Positions 20,031 through 31,201 are shown, counted from the first letter of the stretch. The stretch is DNA of 32,000 nt from a cyanobacterium endosymbiont of Braarudosphaera bigelowii (GCF_020885515.1 NZ_AP024987.1:960001-992000), one strand, 5' to 3'. The notes: generated by a model not told the origin, from the letters alone. Program-made: numbers and translations.

Positions 20031-21382
20031 TTAATTATGTAAAAAAAACGATTTGTTGACTTATTAGGACTATGTGCTTATTAAAAATATTTTTTTTATA
20101 AATTAGTAAACATATTCTAAGAGTAAGTTAATATTTATTTCCATGCAAAAAATCACTATAAATTTCTATGACATATATAAAATATAGTTTTTCTAAAAGA
20201 TTATATAACTGAATCATGCAACATATAAATTTTAATAAAATATAAGCATTAATTATATTTATATAAAGATAATCAAATCATGTAAACTTAAAAGAAGACT
20301 ACTAAAATTCTTATATTATCAAGATCAGTTTCACTCTTTAGTGATATCTCTAATTAGAAGTAATAATTTTTTTACTCGGCACACAAAAATAAAAACGTTG
20401 TAATCATATTATCATGATAATTTGAGTGCAATACCTAAAAAAAGCTTGGCAAAATATAGATAGACAATAGTAAAGTAATATCTTTAATTTACTATTCAGA
20501 ATGTATTGAAGCAAATAATATTAAAATAACAGTAGTTCACCAAGGTATAAGTGTAACTCTAGCACTGTTCTTTTATCTAGACATAGTTATCATACAGATT
20601 ACTATGCTATACCAGTTCTTGAATTAACATTTTTACTTTTATGATGATAGATAAAGCTTTATATGTTGAAAATATTTAGATTGTCAGAATTTCAATTATA
20701 AAAATTTTGGTTGCTATCTAAGTAGCACTTCACTATAACAAATGCTAATAAAAATTAGTATATTATTTTGACTAGAAATACTTTTAAAATTTATTAATAA
20801 ATATCAAATGAACAATATTTCTTGCTCAAAAGTTTAGACTAAGAAATATTCAATTAAATTCTATTAACTAATAATAAATTAATAAGCATGTTTATACTAT
20901 TTAAAGAGCAATATAAAAAATACGTAAGTACTCTTAATAAAATTAGAAAATAGAAATATTTTCTCAAAAACGAAAGATTATGTAAGCTTAACAGACTTTC
21001 ATCTGATACTAAGCTAATCTAAATTAATGCATTAAATTAAATTTGTTACTCATTTGATTTATAGCTATATTTTTCTAACTTTTAGTTGATACTAATGTAG
21101 ATAGAAAGATTATGATATAAATTGTGGGTTAAGAAAAATAAATTTACTTTTTAGACTTAGTAATAACTTTAAGTCGATAAGTAAATAAAGTTGTTAGATG
21201 CATATTTATAATGATGATTACAAAATTGACATCATTTTAGTGTATGTATTTAAGTTCACAGAAATAATGTAATTGCATTGCATTATGAAAACTAAGTCAA
21301 TCGGTACTTACATACTGTGAAATCTGTCTCCAACTACTGCAGTGGAGTAAAGGTTATTTAACCTCTGTAAACACGTAAATAA

Positions 21383-22288
<906 letters not shown>

Positions 22289-22317
22289 ATTTTAAATATT
22301 ACTTTTAATTATCTAAC

Positions 22318-22347
22318 AAGGGGGTCAAATTTTTGCCCTCTTTTTTC
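22318..22347 (+). terminator. Rho-independent terminator candidate downstream of petH
   Basis: AAGGGGG (22318-22324) pairs with CCCTCTT (22336-22342), including one G-U pair, across an 11-nt loop. It runs into T6 (22341-22346), 30 nt after the petH stop. Confidence 0.5.
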
Positions 22348-22507
22348 TTAATTTTTAGAATATAGTTAATTAACTAGGAAATAAAAAGTATTTTTTTGGT
22401 GGGCAGCGATTTAATTGCAACTTATAAAATTCTTTATAGAGATAAACTAAATAATTAAGTAGTCAGTCAGTCAAATTATATACAGTGTAGTTATGAAATT
22501 AAACATA

Positions 22508-23545
22508 TTATGAAATTACCTGATTAAGTATTTCCTTATGCAGCATAGCACGTTCTTTTAAATCTTTTATTGAACTATCAATCGGTTGCATACTATTAAA
22601 AAAATACTCTAGCCATGCATGTTTTATTGTATCTGAATTGTTAGGTAACTGATTAAGTTCCCATCCGGGAATATTTATTTCCTCCATTAAATACTTAACT
22701 TTAGGATCATAGCTTAAAGCAAAACATCGCGATTTTTCTGAAGCAGCCATAATTAAACAATGTAATCTCATTCCTATAGTCATATTGATATTTTTAAATA
22801 ATCCTTTTAATCTTTGTGGATCATCTAATTGAATAATCTCATGAGGCTTTAATAATTGTTTGGAAATAAAATGTGCAATTGCAAGATCTTGAGAAGCTTG
22901 AAATGGAACTAGTAATATATACACATTAGTAATTTTTTGAAAATCTACTAATGCATTAGTCAACGTTTTCAATCTTTGGAGAGTTAATGATGGATGATTA
23001 CGCAAATTAACAGCAACTTTTAGTTGTGAAGTCTTTGGTAAGTCTGATGTATTTTTAGAGTTTAACGTCCAAACTGGATCAGGAGCAATAGAATAGTTGA
23101 TATTCCATGTCGATAGTAATTCAGCAGACTTATGATCTCTAACGCTAACTGCAGTACACTTAGCTAATATTTTTTGAGTTATCCAGCGTGTAAATTTATA
23201 ATTTAAAGGCCCTATTCCCTGTCCCCAGGCTATAGTTTTTAATCCTCTTATTTGTGCTAGGCTCATTAACCCTAAGTAATATATTGGACTGGCAAAACTT
23301 GTACTATCTTGTATTAAACTTCCTCCACCCCAGATAAAAATATCAGAATATTTTAGAGCCTTCAAAAGTGAAAAAATGTCTCGATGGGGACAAGTTCTCA
23401 CATTATAATTTTGTTGAGTTTTTTTTGGATTGGCAGAAATAACAATTGGTTCAATTTTTGAAGGTAACATTTGTAATAAGGACATCAATAATGCTTCGTC
23501 ACCAGCATTTCCCTGTCCATAGTAGCCACTAATCAATGCTTTCAT
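22508..23545 (-). CDS. csaB: Polysaccharide pyruvyl transferase CsaB
   Basis: N-terminus MKALISGYYGQGNAGDEALL, followed by IWGGGSLIQD. Both are typical of the CsaB/PS_pyruv_trans family. Confidence 0.8.
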   Translation of the reverse strand: MKALISGYYGQGNAGDEALLMSLLQMLPSKIEPIVISANPKKTQQNYNVRTCPHRDIFSLLKALKYSDIFIWGGGSLIQDSTSFASPIYYLGLMSLAQIRGLKTIAWGQGIGPLNYKFTRWITQKILAKCTAVSVRDHKSAELLSTWNINYSIAPDPVWTLNSKNTSDLPKTSQLKVAVNLRNHPSLTLQRLKTLTNALVDFQKITNVYILLVPFQASQDLAIAHFISKQLLKPHEIIQLDDPQRLKGLFKNINMTIGMRLHCLIMAASEKSRCFALSYDPKVKYLMEEINIPGWELNQLPNNSDTIKHAWLEYFFNSMQPIDSSIKDLKERAMLHKEILNQVIS

Positions 23546-23672
23546 TTTGTCTTTCTTTACATATAAATTTTGTCTTATATGTAGTTAATCACATTTAAGT
23601 TTTTCTTGTTTTATTAAAAATACAATTTAATATCAAGTATATTTATCTAATAATTTTTAAACTTAATAAAAA

Positions 23673-23768
23673 CTATCATCAATTATAGGAGTTACATATC
23701 AGAGTAAAGGTCTTACTTGACTAGTTAGAACTTTTATTCTGATATGTAACTCCTATAATTGATGATAG
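23673..23768 (-). terminator. 31-bp perfect inverted repeat (34-nt spacer) followed by U5 on the minus strand; the 5' arm is coding
   Basis: CTATCATCAATTATAGGAGTTACATATCAGA (23673-23703) is the exact reverse complement of 23738-23768. The minus-strand transcript continues TTTTTATTAAG after the stem. The arm at 23738-23768 encodes ...LSSIIGVTYQ of the ligase-family ORF. Confidence 0.6.
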
Positions 23769-25025
23769 CAACAACCATCCAATTACATTGATCTTTAAAT
23801 CAAAGATACTCACATCAAATAAATTGAAAATAGTACATAGAATAAATGCATTTAGATAAGTAAATAAAAGTAGATTTTTAGTATCGATACTTGTATCTAG
23901 AGATATATAGTTACTATAGATTTGTTTTGTTTTGATTAAAATCATAGTAGCTTTTCCTAGAATAGTAGCTACAATTATACTTAATAGTGAAGTTCCAAAA
24001 ATTCCAATCTCTGATAATAGCATTAAAAATAAATTGTGGGGATGTCCCATCCAGACATTTATTTTCTGTTGATATATAGGAGTAAAATTACGAAGTCCCC
24101 ATCCCCAGAAGGGACGGCTTAACATCATTTGCCATGCGACACTCCATTGAGTTGTCCTCAAAGCAGTTATATGACGGTCATCATATAATTCATCTGTTAA
24201 TCTAGCCCAGAAATAATCGGGAATAATCCCACGTATAATATTTTGATAAAAGGGAAGCCAGGCTGCCCATGCGATCAAAAAGACTAATAGTACTATGAAA
24301 GAAAGAAACCAGTACAATTCTAAATATGCTATGAAAGCAGTTAAGCTTAATAGTGCAAGACCCCATGCGCTACGGGAATGAGTTAATACTATTCCAAAAC
24401 CATTGATAAAAACAGCAACTGAAAGAGTTGCTAATTGTAACTTGGTTTGATAATTACTTAAGATTTTCCAACTTTGATAATGATAAATCCACAGACCTAT
24501 CGATAATGTAAAAGTAGTTACTAAATAAAAAGCTAGAGTATTTGCATACATTAAAAAAGAAGATACTCTTCCTTCAGGACGTCCATATGCAATTAACTGA
24601 ATACCTACTCTTTTAAGGAGAAATGGAGTTTCCCAGCCATAAAATAACTGCATAAAGCCTAAAAAGCAAATTGGAAGAGAAACTAGTACTAACCACCAGG
24701 CAAGGTTGTATAATCTATTATAGCTATTTAATAAAAATGGAAAAGATACTACCATCAAAATGGAAGGAATAAAATTAGCTAATCCTTCGAAACTTAAAAT
24801 TGGATAAATTGCTATTGTAGAAATAAAAATTAACCAAATAAATAGTATTCCAAAGCTCCAGTTAAGAGGTTCGTAAATTATACTTTTATATTTTTGTTTC
24901 CACAGATTTAATATTAATAAGCTTAAAAATATAGCCCCTAAATCTGCAGATATAGGTAAAAAAATTATGCCAGCTTTCAGTAAATATTCAGACCATAAGA
25001 AATTCGGATTTTTTAATTGTTTCAT
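23721..25025 (-). CDS. O-antigen ligase/polymerase family membrane protein (Wzy_C domain; IctB-like)
   Basis: About 10-12 TM helices. LTHSRSAWGLALLSL and GHPHNLFLMLLSEIGIFG motifs are characteristic of Wzy_C / O-antigen ligase family proteins. Confidence 0.7.
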   Translation of the reverse strand: MKQLKNPNFLWSEYLLKAGIIFLPISADLGAIFLSLLILNLWKQKYKSIIYEPLNWSFGILFIWLIFISTIAIYPILSFEGLANFIPSILMVVSFPFLLNSYNRLYNLAWWLVLVSLPICFLGFMQLFYGWETPFLLKRVGIQLIAYGRPEGRVSSFLMYANTLAFYLVTTFTLSIGLWIYHYQSWKILSNYQTKLQLATLSVAVFINGFGIVLTHSRSAWGLALLSLTAFIAYLELYWFLSFIVLLVFLIAWAAWLPFYQNIIRGIIPDYFWARLTDELYDDRHITALRTTQWSVAWQMMLSRPFWGWGLRNFTPIYQQKINVWMGHPHNLFLMLLSEIGIFGTSLLSIIVATILGKATMILIKTKQIYSNYISLDTSIDTKNLLLFTYLNAFILCTIFNLFDVSIFDLKINVIGWLLLSSIIGVTYQNKSSN

Positions 25026-25282
25026 CTCAAGTAAAATTGTCTATAGTACATTTATCTCTTAATATCCTGACTCATAAATTTTGCTATGGTAATTTTAGTA
25101 ACATAATCAACTATAGTACTTTCGTCACTATAATTGTTTTTTAAAAAATCTTCTCGTTTTTTTTAATGAAGAATTTTTCTTAAATAATACACTTGGCAAG
25201 AAAAGTTATTGAGTAAAAATAACAAGAAAAGTACTATTATTTTTTTGGATATAAGATTAGTGAAAACGTCCTATACTTGAGC

Positions 25283-25338
25283 AAAAAAAAACTGTATTGA
25301 TATCTAATTCTATTAAGATCTAAAATTAGATATCAATA
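25283..25338 (-). terminator. Orphan minus-strand intrinsic terminator candidate (15-bp perfect stem, 14-nt loop, CAG+U9)
   Basis: TATTGATATCTAATT (25295-25309) pairs with AATTAGATATCAATA (25324-25338). The plus strand has A9 at 25283-25291, which gives U9 after the stem on the minus strand. No ORF lies upstream on that strand. Confidence 0.4.
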
Positions 25339-25903
25339 AAATTAGATGTATTGTTTTACTTGCTAATAATACTTTTCATAATTTTATTTGATAGGTGAGT
25401 CAAAAATTTGTTTCAATATTTATCTTGAGCATTATGCTAAATCAGATGCCCTTAATTTTAAGTTAACAATAGATATAAATTAAAGTGTTCTTGTAGCTAA
25501 AGCCGCTAGTTTCTCTTTGTAACATTGTCAAATTATCGGAAGTAAGAAAAAGAGTCTTTTCTTAATTTTATGTAATTAAACTTTTTAACTCTAACTTTTT
25601 ATTTTCATCAAACTGAAAGCTTGAGAACAACATAGATGGTTAAATCTATGTTAGAAAATACAGGCCAGGTTAGATAGCTTTTCTTTTGTCGTAACCTCTA
25701 GTGTTAAGGTGTATCTATTTAAAAATTGCCCTTTTAAAATAATCTGATGTAAGATAATTTAATGTAAATATTTCTTATAAATTTATTTTAATTTACTCGG
25801 TATACTTTCTATGTTTCCTATTAAGACAACTGGTCATAAATACCCTATTCAGATTAAACTAAAATTTATACAGCCACATTAGTATTTATCATCAAGTATA
25901 ACT

Positions 25904-26620
25904 GTGAGAAAAAAAATTGTTGCAGGTAATTGGAAGATGCATAAAACTCAGGCAGAAGCTCTAGAGTTTTTCTCAGCATTAAAATTTAACAAAATAAATG
26001 GAACAGAAATTGTTCTTTGTGTTCCATTTACCCTATTAAGTCTCTTGTCAAAAAACTTACATGGAGAGGATATTTGCTTAGGAGCACAAAATATACATTG
26101 GGCTGAGAAAGGAGCTTACACAGGAGAAATTTCTGGATTAATGTTAGTAGAGTCCAATGTAAGTTATGTGATAGTTGGCCATAGTGAACGCCGTCAGTAT
26201 TTTGGAGAAACAGATAAAACTGTTAATTCACGAGTTATTGCAGCTCAATACCATGGAATAAAACCAATTCTTTGTATTGGAGAAACTAAACAGCAAAGAG
26301 ATGCTGGAAAAGCAGAAGAAGTTATTATTAATCAATTAAAACAAGGTTTAATTAATGTAGATCAAGAAAATTTAGTTATTGCTTATGAACCTATATGGGC
26401 CATTGGGACAGGAGAGACCTGTGATGTTTCAGAAGCTAATCGCATAACTGGCATTATTCGAGAACAGGTGTTAAATAAAAATATTAGCATTCAATATGGT
26501 GGTTCTGTTACCCCTAAAAATATTGGTGCAATAATGTCTCAACCAAATATCGATGGAGTTTTAGTTGGAGGTGCAAGTTTAAATCATGTTAGTTTTTCGG
26601 AGATTATAAATTATCAATAG
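25904..26620 (+). CDS. tpiA: Triose-phosphate isomerase
   Basis: GTG start. [16 protein letters not shown] and [11 protein letters not shown] catalytic motifs. Confidence 0.95.
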   Translation: MRKKIVAGNWKMHKTQAEALEFFSALKFNKINGTEIVLCVPFTLLSLLSKNLHGEDICLGAQNIHWAEKGAYTGEISGLMLVESNVSYVIVGHSERRQYFGETDKTVNSRVIAAQYHGIKPILCIGETKQQRDAGKAEEVIINQLKQGLINVDQENLVIAYEPIWAIGTGETCDVSEANRITGIIREQVLNKNISIQYGGSVTPKNIGAIMSQPNIDGVLVGGASLNHVSFSEIINYQ

Positions 26621-26673
26621 ATTAAAAAAAAATTCATTATGAGCAATAGCTTTACACTAAGTAAATTAAGACT

Positions 26674-27516
26674 ATGCGATATCTAACCATTCGAGATTAT
26701 ACTTTTGAATGGGGAAAAAGTACTTACTTAATGGGTATACTTAATGTCACTCCTGACAGCTTTAGTGATGGTGGTGATTTCTTGAAAACAGAGATAGCCT
26801 TGTATCATGCTAAAAAAATGATAAATGAAGGTGTTGATATTGTTGATATTGGAGGCCAATCAACTCGTCCCGGAGCTCACAAAATTACTACGAAAGAAGA
26901 ACTACAAAGAGTAATTCCAATTATTAGAGCACTACGAAGAGAAAGTTCAATACCTATTTCTATTGATACTACGAATTCAGAGGTTGTAATAGAAGCTATT
27001 AAGGAAGGAGCTGACATTGTCAATGATATTTCAGGAGGAAGTTTTGACAATAAAATGTTTTCTACTGTATCTACTCTTAGAATACCTATGGTTATCATGC
27101 ATATAAGAGGAACTCCTGAAACAATGCGTACAAGGTTAAATTACAATAACCTTGTACAGGAAATTATAGAGTGGTTAAACCAAAAAATTACAATAGCTGT
27201 TAAGGCAGGAATCGATAAGAGTTATTTAATAATCGATCCAGGGATCGGTTTTGCAAAAAATTCTAAACAAAATATAGAGTTGTTACAGCATTTATCCAGT
27301 TTTCATATCTTAGAAAATCCTATATTACTAGGTGTTTCTCGAAAAAGCTTTATTGGGGAGATTCTTGAAGAAAATAATCCTAAAAAAAGAATTTTTGGAA
27401 CAGCTGCAGCATGTTGTAGTGCCATAGCAAATGGTGTAGACATTCTTCGAGTTCATGATGTTGCACAAATAAAAAACCTCGCAAAAATGGCTGATGTTAT
27501 TTGGCGAAAACGATAA
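26674..27516 (+). CDS. folP: Dihydropteroate synthase
   Basis: GILNVTPDSFSDGG, DIGGQSTRPGA, IDPGIGFAK and LRVHDV motifs. Confidence 0.9.
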   Translation: MRYLTIRDYTFEWGKSTYLMGILNVTPDSFSDGGDFLKTEIALYHAKKMINEGVDIVDIGGQSTRPGAHKITTKEELQRVIPIIRALRRESSIPISIDTTNSEVVIEAIKEGADIVNDISGGSFDNKMFSTVSTLRIPMVIMHIRGTPETMRTRLNYNNLVQEIIEWLNQKITIAVKAGIDKSYLIIDPGIGFAKNSKQNIELLQHLSSFHILENPILLGVSRKSFIGEILEENNPKKRIFGTAAACCSAIANGVDILRVHDVAQIKNLAKMADVIWRKR

Positions 27517-27815
27517 CCTTCTACCCTACAGTGAAGATCCAATTAATTAAATGATTTATTTGTCAAAATCCTGGATTTTTTTAATCTTTGATTAGTTCAT
27601 GTACAATGTTATTAACACCATTTTAAAAAACTTCATTCAAATAATTATAATAACCAAGATATCTTAAAATATTAAGGTTTACTTCTTATAATATCTAAAT
27701 GTTTTACTAAAATAGAAACTTAATCATTGTAATAGTGAAATATAGCTACAATCAAATTTTATTTGAGCTATTTTCGGGTAGAGAACTGTAAAATTTAAAG
27801 GTTAATGAAAAATTA

Positions 27816-28775
27816 ATGTCTATTGTAAAGCTAGATAATTCTAATCCCCTAAAATCTATTGACTTGCCTCCTTTGCCTTTATTACGCCCTCTTCTAATGA
27901 TTGGTCATGGTACTAGGGATATTGGTGGGCAAAAAACTTTCCTTGAATTTGCTTCTGTATATCAAGCTTTAGATTATTCTCGTCCTATAATTCCATGCTT
28001 TCTTGAATTGACGGAACCATATATTGGCGAAAGTATAAAGCTATGTATATCACGAGGTTTTACAAACATTTCTGTTTTGCCTATTTTATTGTTTGCTGCT
28101 CGTCACAATAAATTTGATATTACCAACGAACTTGATCAAGCCAAAAAAAAATATCCTCAGTTGAATTTTTTCTATGGAAAACATTTTGGTATTACACCAA
28201 ATCTTCTAAAACTATGGGTAGATCGATTAGCTATCTTAGACAGTTCTAAAGTTAATCCTAATAAAGTTAAACGTTCTGAAACAGTATTATTATTTGTTGG
28301 TAGAGGTTCTAGCGATCCAGATGCTAATGGAGATGCCTATAAAATTGCTCGACTTTTATGGGAAGGAAGTGGTTATCAAGCAGTAGAAGTCGCTTTTATA
28401 GGTATTACTTATCCACGTCTTGAAGAAAGTTTTAGGAAAGTCTACTCCTATCAACCGAAACGTATTATTGTTTTGCCCCATTTTCTATTTACTGGAGCAT
28501 TAATCAAAAAAATCTTCCAAATTACAATTAAACAACAAGAGTTACATAATCATACTGAAATTGTTTGTCTTCCAGAAATCGGTATACATAATCAATTGCT
28601 GAAAATATTGAGAGAACGAGAATTAGAAACCCAAAAGGATCAAGTCAATATGAATTGCGAAATGTGTAAATTTCGTATTGATTCTTTAAATGAAAACATA
28701 TATTCTCATGATTTAAATCCTGATTATTATATGAATACTAAAAGCTATCATCAAAATATTTGGAAAACTTACTAA
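27816..28775 (+). CDS. cbiX: Sirohydrochlorin chelatase, long CbiX-type (CbiXL)
   Basis: Two tandem CbiX halves, with LMIGHGTRD and [16 protein letters not shown]. The C-terminal M-x-C-x-x-C (NMNCEMCK) resembles the CbiXL Fe-S motif. Metal specificity cannot be determined from sequence. Confidence 0.7.
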   Translation: MSIVKLDNSNPLKSIDLPPLPLLRPLLMIGHGTRDIGGQKTFLEFASVYQALDYSRPIIPCFLELTEPYIGESIKLCISRGFTNISVLPILLFAARHNKFDITNELDQAKKKYPQLNFFYGKHFGITPNLLKLWVDRLAILDSSKVNPNKVKRSETVLLFVGRGSSDPDANGDAYKIARLLWEGSGYQAVEVAFIGITYPRLEESFRKVYSYQPKRIIVLPHFLFTGALIKKIFQITIKQQELHNHTEIVCLPEIGIHNQLLKILRERELETQKDQVNMNCEMCKFRIDSLNENIYSHDLNPDYYMNTKSYHQNIWKTY

Positions 28776-28891
28776 AAAATATTAAGTACTTAAGCTTGAT
28801 TTAATACATGCTGCTAGAAATAGTAGAAAGTAAGGCTAAAAAGATAGATTGTTATCTATAATAAAAATTAGTTAAATACATTATATTCTTT

Positions 28892-29116
28892 ATGAATAAG
28901 CCAAAACTTTCTATTGGTAGTAAAGTTTTCCTTCAAAATCGACCTCCTTACCTTAAGACTGCTGATCCTATGCCAATGTTACGACCTTCTGATATTTTAG
29001 AGATTGGAGATCAGGGAGTAATTATAGATATTCGTCCTGGAGGATACTGGGGTGTAAAATTTACTCAAGGAACATTCTTAATAGAAGATCAATATATTGC
29101 TGTTTTAAAACAATAG
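28892..29116 (+). CDS. Small conserved cyanobacterial/plastid-lineage protein (DUF3148-like)
   Basis: 74 aa. PPYLKTADPMPMLRP...RPGGYWGVKF...FLIEDQYI matches my memory of the DUF3148 signature. Confidence 0.55.
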   Translation: MNKPKLSIGSKVFLQNRPPYLKTADPMPMLRPSDILEIGDQGVIIDIRPGGYWGVKFTQGTFLIEDQYIAVLKQ

Positions 29117-29589
29117 TTTAATAATATTAATAACTAGGTCTCTAGTAATCTTATTATTAGTTTTAGGTTGTATTTTACTTTTAATATTTAACTTAAACTA
29201 ATGTAATTGTATTATAGATATTGTTTTCTGAAAATTAATATTTAATAAAAAAAGAGTAATGTAGATTTTAAGGTTAATAATATATAGTAAATTGTAGTAA
29301 CGAAAAAATTTATGTAATGTATACGAGGATAAATATGAGTTAGCATATTATTTGTTAAACTTAATCGGTAACTATACATAATAAATAGCTATTTTATGAG
29401 ACTAGAATATTATTTATTGTTATGGAGTTAGTTTTTGCTAACTTTATTTTATTCAAGTAGTACTATATTGAAAAAGTCTCCATAATAAGGGAAATTCTAT
29501 CTTAGATAAAAAATATATTATTAGAATCAAGAAAGAATTTTTTAAACAATAGTAAAAAGTAATATTAAACTTACGACTTATCCTACTAG

Positions 29590-30966
29590 GTACAGTCTAT
29601 AAATAATCAAGTTACCAACAATCCTTATGGAAAAAAGCTTCCTAAATTAGAATATTCTCTTACTAACTTAGTAAAAATCAATAAAGATAATGTAGTGTCT
29701 TTAATAAATGATAATTCTAATTTATATTCAAAAGAATCAGAGCTTAATAAAACTGAGATGATAAATAATCAAGAAAGATTGTCATTATTATTAATAATAA
29801 AATAAATCGCGATAATCTCGGTAAAGCAGTGCATGAGTCAGAATATCTACTACCAAGAGGAGGAGTTTACTGGCGTCTGTAAAAGGAAAATTTGGAAGAT
29901 AATGTTGTTAATCAAAGTAAGCATCTATAATATTTAAAATTATTATTTAAATATTATCCAGAACTTATTCCTGGACATCCTAAAATTCGCAAAATTTCTA
30001 AATATAAGTAATCAACAAAAAGAAGTTCTACATGTATTGGAGTATGCAATATATTTGTATCCTAATGAAGCTCCTTTGAAAAATTAGAAGCCTGGTTAAC
30101 TCTATCTCTTAAAGCCCCTCAATTTATTGCTTCCAATCAAGAGCACTTTCTAACTGAAAAATTTAGGTCAATATCAAGTTAATTTAAAAAAGCATATGAC
30201 TTGAAACATGCTGAGTAATGCTGTTATGAATGATACAGGAGTTACTGTAATAGGTAATATTTTTGCATCTTTTTCTACCATACAAACAAGTTATCTTCTT
30301 TTGTGAGGAGAGTTGGTAGTTGGTGAAAGTTGTATGGAGGGTTTTAAAGATCGTTTTAACTTAGTTCAAGATCAAGAAATAAATCCATATATTAATAAAT
30401 TTGTAAAAGTTGTTGGAAGAGATGAATTCCAATATAAATTTTTGTAGTAGAGGATAAAATATTAATGCTTTTGTTTTACCTAGAGGTAAAGTGTTTACGA
30501 CTTTAGAAACAATTGCCAAGACTTCCTCAGAAACTGAAATTACTGGTTTATTAGCCCATGAACTGGCTAATTTTGCTTTGTCGCATGAATTTCAATAAAT
30601 ATATTAGTTAGTAGTATTATGGACTACATCCCTTGCATTGGAGGGTTGGCCAACAATTTAACAGTTCTGACTTATAGCCATAGTATGGAAAAACAAGCTA
30701 ATTTGTTTGGAACAAGACTATTAGCAGCTACTGGATTTGTTGCAGATGAAGTTCATGATTCAATGGTAACAATAAATTTTGAACACAAAAATAATTGACT
30801 TACTTGATTATCAATACATACTGAACCTAATAATCGTATAAGATATATCGAAAGAAAAATTGTGTATAAAAGTTCAAACTATTTTGTATATGAAGGGGTA
30901 GAAAAGCATAAAAGAATTCGACAAAAGGTAGTTAAACTTTTACAAAATAACACAATAAACAAGTAG
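29590..30966 (+). pseudogene. Degraded M48-family (HtpX/Ste24-like) Zn-metallopeptidase gene
   Basis: The reading frame has to switch at least three times: phase 1 at 30361-30441 (LVQDQEINPYINKFVKVVGRDEFQYKF), phase 0 at 30444-30458 (VVEDK), phase 2 at 30458-30598 (NINAFVLPRGKVFTTLETIAK...TGLLAHELANFALSHEFQ*), then phase 1 at 30670-30966 (TYSHSMEKQANLFGTRLLAATGF...LSIHTEPNNRIRYIE). There are in-frame TGA codons at 30796 and 30805. HEXXH is degraded to HELAN (30557-30571). The 5' boundary is uncertain. Confidence 0.7.
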
Positions 30967-31201
30967 ATCCTAGAGTTGGGTTGTTTTTAATAATTTATTG
31001 TTTTTATATGAGATATATAGAAATTGTTAATCAAATACTCTTAGAGGTTCATGATTTCTATATATAGTTTTTTAGTACATAAGGATATACAAAAAATAAA
31101 GTTTAATAGAGTTTATATTACTTTATGATATTTCAGTGTCATTATTCTAGAATAATTAGTCGTACTATTTGCTAAGTATAATCTTCAGAATAGAAACCAT
31201 T

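Noticed and set aside
21226-21252. TTGACA hexamer followed by TA-rich hexamers as a petH promoter
   Set aside because: Spacing to the candidate -10 hexamers (TATGTA at 11 nt, TATTTA at 15 nt) is poor. TA-rich hexamers are everywhere in this DNA, so the sequence alone cannot support it.
21130-21375. Possible relic of the CpcD linker domain upstream of petH, for example translations IYFLDLVITLSR and SGVKVI*PL faintly resembling CpcD blocks LFVYEVIGLSQ and GGKIVSIKPL
   Set aside because: The matches are short and lie in different frames. Their spacing does not fit a CpcD domain, and I/L/F/K-rich translations of AT-rich DNA produce such look-alikes easily. I kept this only as a TBLASTN test in the petH finding.
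22461-22472. (AGTC)x3 microsatellite
   Set aside because: Only three units in an intergenic spacer. Too short to call a functional or phase-variable repeat.
23673-23768. Interpreting the 31-bp inverted repeat as a MITE or transposon terminal repeat
   Set aside because: One arm is the native 3' coding end of the ligase-family gene. I saw no flanking direct duplication and no second copy of the 31-mer elsewhere in the window. The U-tract geometry fits a terminator better.
26877-27098. 73-aa minus-strand ORF
   Set aside because: Antisense inside folP, with no motifs.
28782-28793. 12-bp perfect palindrome TTAAGTACTTAA just after the cbiX stop
   Set aside because: It cannot form a hairpin with a viable loop. 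It occurs once only and is plausibly chance in AT-rich sequence.
31169-31201. TTG start extending rsmG by 11 codons
   Set aside because: The ATG at 31202 (MKNQLPIFEKIW...) matches the usual RsmG N-terminal length. The extension is a hydrophobic read of AT-rich leader sequence.
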